Shown here in pieces: positions 54,616-64,000 of a stretch of DNA of 64,000 bases. Each line of letters starts with the position of its first letter. The stretch's first letter is position 1. This stretch comes from the human T2T-CHM13v2.0 reference genome, Homo sapiens. The notes beneath the pieces are model-generated. The model did no database searches and was not told where the DNA came from. It worked only from the letters and a program-made list of their open reading frames with translations. Location of the stretch: the NCBI RefSeq assembly GCF_009914755.1, contig NC_060938.1; one strand, written 5' to 3'. A program made the position numbers and the translations under genes.

Positions 54616-54874
54616 GCACCGAGGAGGGAAAATAATGAATCTAAAATTCTATACCCAGCTAAATCATTCAAAATCAAAAATCAAGATAAAGAAGAAACAA
54701 GTTCAGATATACAGAGATTCAGAAACTACTAAAAGATATCTTTCAGAAAAAAAGGAAAATGAGCTCATAAGGAAGTGGCAGATATAAAAAAAAGTTAGTA
54801 AATCAGAAAATTGCCTGGAAAAGCAAGCATCTGTATTTAAATATGAATATTATACTGTGTTTAATTTTGTTTTC

Positions 54875-56272
54875 CTTCATTTCCATTAGCACTACCCTGG
54901 ATGGGACCAAAGTCAGCTCTCACCTAGATTACTGGGATGGTTATTTCTAATCACTTTCCCCACCTCTATTGTTACCCACCTCTTCTTCTCCACTCTATAG
55001 CCACAGTGAACTTTCTGAAATACAAATCATAGAACCCTTTAAATGTTCCCTAATGTGTTTTAGGATAAAGCTTCCAGAATAATATGTGACAAGATGAGTT
55101 TTGTTTTGAGTGTCATTTTTGCTGCTCTAGATATTTTTCTTTCCCCTATCCCAAGAAAGTAGTCAGATTTTTGTGTTTTCTTGGAGTCTGTGTTAGAGAA
55201 CTGAAAGGAGAGGTTACCAGGAAGAAGATAACTCCTGTCCCAGATTTTATTTGTGACATCTGGGCTCATGGATATTAACTTGTCCCAGAGAAGGAGAGGA
55301 AGAGGTCAAGAGCTGGGTGTTTAAGAGAGACAGAAGTAGACAAACTAGAGGGCTGAGAGATATTTCCAGAGTTAAGAGATCAGTTTCTAAAAGGTTTTCA
55401 ATCAGATGGGGACCCTGAGTCACTTGTTAGTAACACTTCAGACTAAGGACTGATGGAGGATGGTGGAGTGGATTAATGGGAACTAGGATGGTGCTATTCA
55501 CAGAGAGCCATCTCTTTGGTATCTAGGGGGGAGAATTTCTGCAGGCTCAAACTTGGCACTGGTGTCGCTTGCACCTGCTTTCAAGAGACCATGTGGACGT
55601 GGACAATGAGCACATCAGCATAGGCCACTGTGCAGATTAAGCCCAGAATGCTGTGGCTGTGTAAGCTCCCAAGACTCATATATGAGCCTGGTGGGGTGGG
55701 GCTGGAGAAGAAAGGAGCCCCAGTAATGACTGAGTGAATATTCTGATAACCAAGTGGGACATGGATTCAAAACAGATTAAATTTGCCTCATTAAAGTAAA
55801 GTCAATGGGCCCTTGTGGTGTGAATTAAAATTCCTGTCTCCTCCACCTGAGTTACCATCTCTGCATAACGTGTTCTCTCACAACCCACGCCCTCAATGTC
55901 ACCCTTGACTGCCTACCCTGTCCTCAGCACACAAGGGCCACAGACCTATTGGCTTCAGTGCATCATTCCTCTTTAACTCCAGGTCTTCATGTGCGCTACC
56001 CTTTCCTTCTTCCCCCAGCAGCCCTCACCTGGTGAACTCCTGTTCTACTTCAAGTCTCAGCTTCTTTGAAGCCCCTGTGATCCCATAACACCCTGCATTT
56101 TCCCAATCATATCCCATTTTCATACAATGCTGTCATTGCCAGATTGCGTATTGTATCTCCCGCTGGTCTGTGAGCTCTGGGAGGACAGAAATAATGCATG
56201 CCATACTTAAAATTGTTTACCAGTGCACAGAGCCTGGAACACAGTACACTCAATTGGTATTTTTCAAGTGGA
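54875..56272 (+). mobile_element. L2 3' region split by an ~750-bp insert (~55084-55840, possibly an ancient LTR)
   Basis: ctctcacctagattact...cacagtgaactttctgaaatacaaatc before; ctgtgagctctgggaggacag...gcctggaacacagta after. Confidence 0.6.
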
Positions 56273-56274
56273 TA

Positions 56275-56490
56275 ATAATAACAATAACCCACATTTCTTG
56301 AGTGCTTACTCTGTGCCAAGCTGGGTGCTAAACTCTGAATCTAGATTATTTTTATTTAATTCTCATGATATCTCCATTTAATAGATGGGGGAAAATAAGG
56401 TAAGTGAAGTAACTTGCCCAACTGGTGAGTGATGGAGATGGCATTTGAACTCAAAGTCTAACTCCAAAGACCATAAACGTAACTATCACC
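56275..56490 (-). mobile_element. MIR
   Basis: ttgagtgcttactctgtgccaag...aagtaacttgccca...ggcatttgaactca. Confidence 0.8.
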
Positions 56491-58402
56491 CTTCAGTCGT
56501 GAAAGGAGCATAGCTCCTGGTAGGCCAGGCACTCCATGCTGCTGGGCTCTAGCAAGAGTGGCTTTCTGATGAGAGAACCATCTTCTTGCTCAGGACAGTT
56601 TCCTGCAACCCATGCATCCTGCCTGCTCCTTCCATGTTCCCAACCCTGCTGCTCTTGCGACCTTCCCCTACTTCTATAAACACGTGTGCTTTATGTACTT
56701 CTCTTGTGTCTAAGACATTGCTTTTCAAGGTGAAGTCTCTAAAACCTATTAAACCTGTATTTATTCATGTACACAGGGAAGAAAATTCTCATGTGTCCCT
56801 TGGGTAGTATATCTGAATCTTAGTAACATTTGCAAAATTGTCCCCTGGACTACCTCCACTGATTTATAATCTGCTTATTCCAGATGTTCTGAGCCCAACC
56901 TCATGGTTCAACAGAATAACATACTCAACATGGGGTATTACCACAGAGAAACAAAGCCCTTTTATTGGGTTTGTGGAAAAAGAAAACACTAGGAATGGCA
57001 TTACCTGCCCAGTTTGCCATTCCCCTTCCAATGCCTGTTAGAAGTCTTGCATGTTCAGACAGTCTTCATTTCAGCATATCTTTGGTTTACTATGGACTTG
57101 CTCTTGATATCCTTCCAAGACAAGGACTCAACTGTTGGCATGTCACTTTTCCCATGTGGGGAGATGCAAACAGTAGGGACGGATCTATGGCGTCATCTAA
57201 TGTAAATGATATAATGCCAGTCCCAGAAGCCTTGGTGTATGTGGGTCCCCGACCTACTGAAGTATTTTCCTCTCTCTACCCCATTTGCATTCCCATTCTT
57301 ATTGGCACTCCCATTTTTCAGAGAAAAGCCAGTTTCCCACTGGGGTCTGTTATGTGGGAAGTAAAGGGCTTCTCCCTCACTTATTCACTCCTAAGACCCA
57401 GGCAAATGAAAAATGATCTGTCTTAGGAAGATAAATTTAACTATGACACTCTTCCAATGGATTGTGAAAACAGTAACTTGTCTTTTGACTCTTGAAACAT
57501 TTTTGAGCCAATATTTGCCTTCTTATAAATCCCAACAATTAGTGTGGCTCTTTTCTAAAGGGGTAGGAAAGTATTAGTCTCAGACAATCCTTAAAATACA
57601 GTCTGATACCTATTATGCTTTTTTTTTTCTTCCCAACTTCCAAGATTAGATAATCACAAACAAACTGACACTTCTGGAGACATTTCCAACTCTAGTGTTT
57701 AGTGTGGCTGAATGACTCGAATCATAAGAATTTCAGGTCAAGGAGAAGGAGAGCGCATTAGCATATAGCAACGTGGGCCACTGGGCTCTTGGATTATTGA
57801 TGCTCAAATAGCACCATCCAGGAACTCCATTGCTATAAGCACAGAGACCACTCACTGCATAGCCCATAGCAGGCAAACTTAAATTTTATTTGGAATTGCC
57901 ATTTGTATGCATATGCATGAAACTATTCATTTTATCAACTACTTTAAACTCATCAAGATGTTATACACCTATCCCTTGGTTATTTTTCTTCAAATCTTGA
58001 TGACATCAATGCAGGAAACATGAGATAGAAGAACATGTACTAGAGCAGGAGCCAAGTACTGGATCATTAACTACGTCTGTGATCCAGAGCATGTAAATCC
58101 TGTCACATGGAAGATCCTTTATTCTACTAACTAAATACCTTGATGATGTTGGGTCATCAAAGGTAGTTTAGAGATAGCTTACCCTAAGGTAAACTAACAT
58201 GCTGGGCAGAAGAGAGGAGAAGAAAGAGTTTGCAAGGGCAAATTTGGGAAAAGGAGAAATCAGGGGAGAGTGAGCAGGAACCTGGGGAGATGGTTGTTGG
58301 TTGAACACTCTTCTTTCCATTCTCTCAGAAATCAGCTTGTTTGGAACCAGTGGGTTTCTCTGGAAACTGAAGAAAGGACTGAGTTTGAGCTATGCAGAAT
58401 AA

Positions 58403-58702
58403 TTTTTTTTTTTTTGAGACAGAGTGTTTCTCTGTAGCCCAGGCTGGAGTAGCAGTGGCACGATCTTGGCTCACTGCTACCTCTGCCTCCCAGGTCCTGG
58501 TTCAAGCAATTCTCCCGCCTCAGCCTCCTGAGTAGCTGGGATTACAGGCACATGGCATCATACCCAGCTAATTTTTGTATTTTCAGTAGAGACGGGGTTT
58601 CACCATGTTGGTCAGGCTGGTCTTGAACTCCTGACCTCACGATCCACCCACCTCGGCCTCCCAAAGTGCTGGGATTACAGGCGTGAGCCACCACACCTAG
58701 CT
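58403..58702 (-). mobile_element. AluSg-type with short insertion (AluSg7-like)
   Basis: cccaggtcctggttcaag; TSD gctatgcagaataatt. Confidence 0.92.
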
Positions 58703-59004
58703 GCTATGCAGAATAATTGAAGAGCTAGAGATGAGTGGAACAAGGCAGCAAGATTTCCTGGAAATATTGGGATGGAGTTTGGACTTGCACAGACCACGGA
58801 ATTGAAGTTTTTATCCAAGGCTGACTAAGTCTCTAGGGAGCACGAAGCTTCCCAGATCACGTCCTGGTCACAAATGGATAGTTTGTCTGTCTCATATATT
58901 TTCAGTTCTAGCTAATTACCTTTGAAATGGAAGTAGAAAAGTATCATTTTTACTTGCCCTATTTTCAAATAATATCCTATAGAATTTCTTCTAAATGTTA
59001 GATA

Positions 59005-59200
59005 ACAGTTAATATTTATTGTGACTCACAATGTACCAAGTTCTGTTCTTTTTTGTTATTTTACTTAATCTTCACACAAAACTTAAGAGGAAGGCACTGT
59101 CATCATTCTCATTTTTCAGATGAGTCATATGGGGCCAGTTAATTTAAGAACTTTCAGGATCACAATGATATTAGTAGAGCCAGGATTTGAACACAGGCTC
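59005..59200 (-). mobile_element. MIR
   Basis: cattctcatttttcagatgag...agagccaggatttgaacacagg. Confidence 0.7.
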
Positions 59201-59857
59201 CTCCCTGAATGACTATGAAAATGCTTAATATTTTATAAGTTCCATAATTACCTTCTACATTACCATTTATAATTATATACCTCTTACATTTCCTTTGTCA
59301 TTTGGTTTGTATCTTGGGTCTGGGTTAGGAGAGACTTTCCTTAGGGTTGGGGGTTTAGATGTAATCTTTTCTGAAAGCAGTTAGCAAGGTTAGATATCCT
59401 CTCTGTGTCCCTTCTATAGTCAATCTTCAAATTATTCCCGGTACTTACTATGTTCTAGGTACTGTGCTAGGTACTTGAATACATTCACAGTCCTTGTATT
59501 CAATATTCATTTTCTATCTGATAGATATATTTTACTATCATTTTCTTACTAAATGTAAAAACTTTATTCTTTGAACTTGAAATAGAACAAAAAGATTTTG
59601 AAAATAACACAAACCTTTTAATACTCTGATTAAATAATTCAAATATTAAGTGAATCAGATTTTGAAACAGTATTACCTTAATATTTGTTAGAAGACTCTT
59701 CAGTGTTGAGGCCAAACAATATTTATTTTCCAAACTGCATATTCAGTTAACGATTTGAATTTTCCCACAATTCTGATTCACATATGGTTTTTTCCCCCTT
59801 CAGGCAGAAAAAAAATATTTGCCCCATATATATTTTTTATTTTTGTATCACAGGTCC

Positions 59858-60380
59858 TGTTGGGGGATGTATAGATCAAAGGTAGCTGCAAATTCTTTAC
59901 ATTTGAGAGGTAAAGTCGAATTCCCCTTCCCTTGAATCTGGGCTGGCTTTACTGACTTGCCTGATCAAGAGAATACAGCGGAAGCAACATTCTGTGCCTT
60001 CTAAGCCTAAGACATAAAAACCTTGCAGCTTCTGCCTAGGCCTCTTATAAGTCTCTGAAAACTTAGTTCAACTACTCTGAGACTGCAATGTTGGAGAAGC
60101 CACATGGGACCATGCAGATCAAAAGTCTCAGCTGAGCCCAGCATTCCAGCCATTCCTACCAAGGCATCAGGCATGAAATAAAGGCATTTTGGACTTTCCG
60201 GACTGGCCTATCTGCCATCTGAATACCATCAAGTAACCCCAGTCAATGCTACATGAAACAGAAGAATCTCCTAGCTGAGCCCTGTATACATTTTGGACCC
60301 ATAAAATTATAAGATATAATAAATGGTTGTTATATGCCACCAAGGGGGATAGTTTAACATAATAACAGGTAACTGGAACA
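59858..60380 (+). mobile_element. MLT1G-like LTR
   Basis: cccttgaatctgggctggc...cagctgagcccagc...ccagccattcctaccaaggca...aataaatggttgtt...taactggaaca. Confidence 0.8.
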
Positions 60381-60568
60381 AAGATTTTTGAAATACTTTA
60401 TGAACATTTAATTTCTCTAATGTAGAAAAAATTATATTTAGAAATTAAAATACAATGATTAAATAAGAGGATTTTTAAATGTAATTTAAACAGGAGAAAA
60501 TTCATTTAGGGCAAACATTTTTGTAGCTCCTACTGTTTCAGGTTCTTCACGTGCATTATAATGTCTAA

Positions 60569-60947
<379 letters not shown>

Positions 60948-61193
60948 ATACTACTCTTTATCAAAGTAATACAATGCACATAGCAAAACATGTAGGAATA
61001 CAGAGCAATTTATAATGTAAGCAATATCTCCCAAACTTCTTTGCTTCTCCACTAGTCCTCTCTTCTCAGTGGCAACCACTTTTAACTTTTAATGACTTTA
61101 GTTCTACTCAGGATTACCTCCCTGAACAGTAAACTTCTGGTGCCCCTAGTGCTATTTATCTCTTGATTTATCAATATAAGATGTTATTTATTA

Positions 61194-61504
<311 letters not shown>

Positions 61505-61991
61505 GACATTGTTTATTGACTCCCCAGTGTCAGAGTTCATTGCCACTATCCTCACCTTCACTCCTAATTTTCACAGTTGTTATTTTAACTAATTGTTTAC
61601 TTTTGTGCCTTTAAATAATATTTCTTTTTATGTGATGTCTTAGAGTTTTGTTTAGAAAAAAATGGGTTTACTAAAATTGTGAAGATTACTGACAAATATC
61701 AGACTATAAAACTGAGTGGGTTTTTTTTGTTTTTGTTTTTGTTTTTTTTGGCCAAAGATCTAGAACAGAATTCATAAAGTTTATGTCTGAAAAGTAAATT
61801 GGTTTTAGGAGAGAGTTTAGTACTCGATTACATTAGATTACCACAAGGAATTTTGAAAGAAAATTTACTTTCCTTGAGTAGAAAACACTTCCACATAATC
61901 ACTTATATTAAATGGCACTAAAAAGATGCAGGAAAATTCGTGAGTTATTTCATGTCAACTCAGGGTAATATTCTAGTTAGTATTCATTACA

Positions 61992-62298
61992 GGCCAGGCG
62001 TAGTGGCTCATGTCTGTAATCCCAGCCCTTTGGGAGGCCAAGGCGAGTGGATTGCTTGAGCTCAGGAGTTCGAGACTAGCCTGGGCAACATGGCGAAATC
62101 CTGTCTCTACAAAAAAATACAAAATTTAGCTCGGTGTGGTGGCACGTGTCTGTAGTCCCAGCTACTGGGGAGGCTGAGGTGGGAGGATCACTTGAGCCTG
62201 GGGAGGCCGAGGTTGCAGTGAGCCATGATCACGCCACCACATTCCAACCTGGGTGCCAGAGCAAGATGGTGTCTGAAAAAAAAAAAGAAAGAAAGAAA
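61992..62298 (+). mobile_element. AluJb-like
   Basis: gcctgggcaacatggc, gggaggatcacttgagcc; TSD agtattcattaca. Confidence 0.93.
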
Positions 62299-62379
62299 AG
62301 TATTCATTACAATACTGTCCATTAGATAATTCCAGAATCTTCCTTCCTAGCTATTTTGAAAAATATGTGATATGTAGAT

Positions 62380-63780
62380 AGAAACGTGCATAAAGCATTT
62401 TTAAATGGTTTAAAGAATAAAGAATACACCCATGTGACCACCACTCAAATCAAGAACAGAAATATTGACAGTACGTCAAAGCCCATATGTACCCCTCTCC
62501 GATCATAGTTCCCACTTACTTACCTGCAGAGGTACCATTAACCCAACACCTGCAATCTTGATTTTATTTTCTTTATAGTTTTAAACCCTATGGAGATATA
62601 TATAGAGAGATATATGATACAGTATACAATTTTTCAATGAATACCTATTGTTTAGATATACATTGTGCATATATAGCATATATAATATTATATATACACA
62701 ATATATATCTAAACAATATAGTTTAGTTTCACTATGGCTCACACCTGTAATCCCAGCACTTTGGGAGGCCAAGGCAGGTGGATCACCTGAGGTCAGGAGT
62801 TCGAGATCAGCCTGGCCAACATGGTGAAACCCTGTCTGTACTAAAAATACAAAAAATTAGCCGGGTATTGTGGCACACGCCTGTAATCCCAGCTACTTGG
62901 GAGGCTGAGGCAGGAGAATCACTTAAACCCAGGAGATGGAGGTTGCAGTGAGCCTAGACCATGCCATTGCACTCCAGTCTGGGGAACAAGAGTGAAACTC
63001 CATCTCAAAAATAAATAAATAGACAAATAAATAAGTAAATAAATAACTACAATCATTCCACATGTGTTCTATCATAACTTGTTCCTTTTGCCCAATATTT
63101 TGTTTGTGAGAATCACCCAGATTGTTCCATGGTAGCTAGCTATAGTTTGTTCATTCTCTTTGTTGTATACTATTTATTGTATGAATATGAGAGGATTTAT
63201 TTCTCTATTCTGCCACTGATAGATGTTTGAGGCTGTTCCTGTATGGGGGCTATTATGAACAACACTGCTATGGACATGTTGTACGTGTCTCCTGGCTTCT
63301 CTGGGTGTAAACCTGGAGTGGAATTACTGAGTGGCAGACTCTAAACACCTTTGACTCTACTAGAAATGTCTGTTTTCCAAGTGGTTGGAAGTGATTTCCA
63401 AGTGGTTATACTCCTGGTAACATTTCTATTGCTCCAAACACTTGCCAACATCATATATAGTTAGACTTCAATTTTTGCAAACCTAGTAGGTGTGTAGTAT
63501 CTCATTGTGGTTTTCATTTGTATTTCTCTGATTACTAGTAAAGTTAAAGATGTATATGAATATTTACTTACAATTAATTCTAGGTCAAATTATATGAATA
63601 TCTTTATAAATTTTTGATACACATAGATACATTGACCTCCAAAATATTATACCAAATTCCCTTATCACCAATCCCCCATATCTATTAAATACCTTTGACA
63701 ATTGGAAAGGTGGAAATGGCATTTGTTTATTTTTATTTCAAATTCCTTTGGTTACTAATACATTTATATGTTTAAAATTA
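62380..63780 (-). mobile_element. L1ME-type 3' region interrupted by Alu
   Basis: acacccatgtgaccaccactcaaatcaagaacaga; gctattatgaacaacactgctatggacat; tatctcattgtggttttcatttgtatttctctgattact. Confidence 0.75.
62735..63046 (+). mobile_element. AluSq-like, first ~10 nt missing, (AAAT)n tail
   Basis: aacaagagtgaaactcc diagnostic. Confidence 0.92.
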
Positions 63781-64000
63781 CTATTCTGAGGCATTTGTCA
63801 GGGATATTTGTATCTCTTGCATTTTCCTATTGTAGATGGATTACCGGATGGTATTCTAGGCATCCAATTTCTAGTCTAAAGTTGCTAACCTTAAATTTCG
63901 CTGATATTAGAAATATTAAGACATTGACTTTATATCAAGTGGGATTTGGGGGAATTAGACATCTAAATTGTAATTTGTAGGTGAATTTCAGTGCATTAAT

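Noticed and set aside
56965-57426. 153-aa ORF
   Set aside because: Non-ATG start, no recognisable homology or exon structure.

Overview
Primate (human-like) non-coding genomic DNA, AT-rich and heavily repeat-derived. I count 22 Alu elements or fragments (J, S and Y types, most with readable target-site duplications). Also present: L1 fragments (L1PB, L1MB, L1MC, L1ME, an old ORF1-type remnant), L2 and MIR relics, solo LTRs (THE1C-like, MLT1, MLT2B, MER39-like, MER54/74-like, one ERV1-type) and DNA transposons (near full-length Tigger1, an older Tigger-like transposase relic, MER1B, MER33, MER63, several MER5). I recognise no protein-coding gene, rRNA, tRNA or CRISPR array; the listed ORFs are repeat-derived or chance, apart from degenerate Tigger1 transposase pieces. 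I cannot name the locus and cannot support a new biological system. The best leads are: (1) two Alus 2.3 kb apart sharing an 11-bp duplication, one lacking TSDs, suggesting local templated copying; (2) a CpG-rich ~70-nt hairpin in unique sequence at 24.9-25.0 kb; (3) an inverted 73-bp L1 copy embedded in that L1's own microsatellite tail; (4) a TSD-flanked left-monomer-only AluY; (5) repeat-poor, motif-dense enhancer-like blocks and a few candidate exons. Subfamily names come from remembered consensus sequences and need RepeatMasker/Dfam confirmation; boundaries of old elements are approximate.
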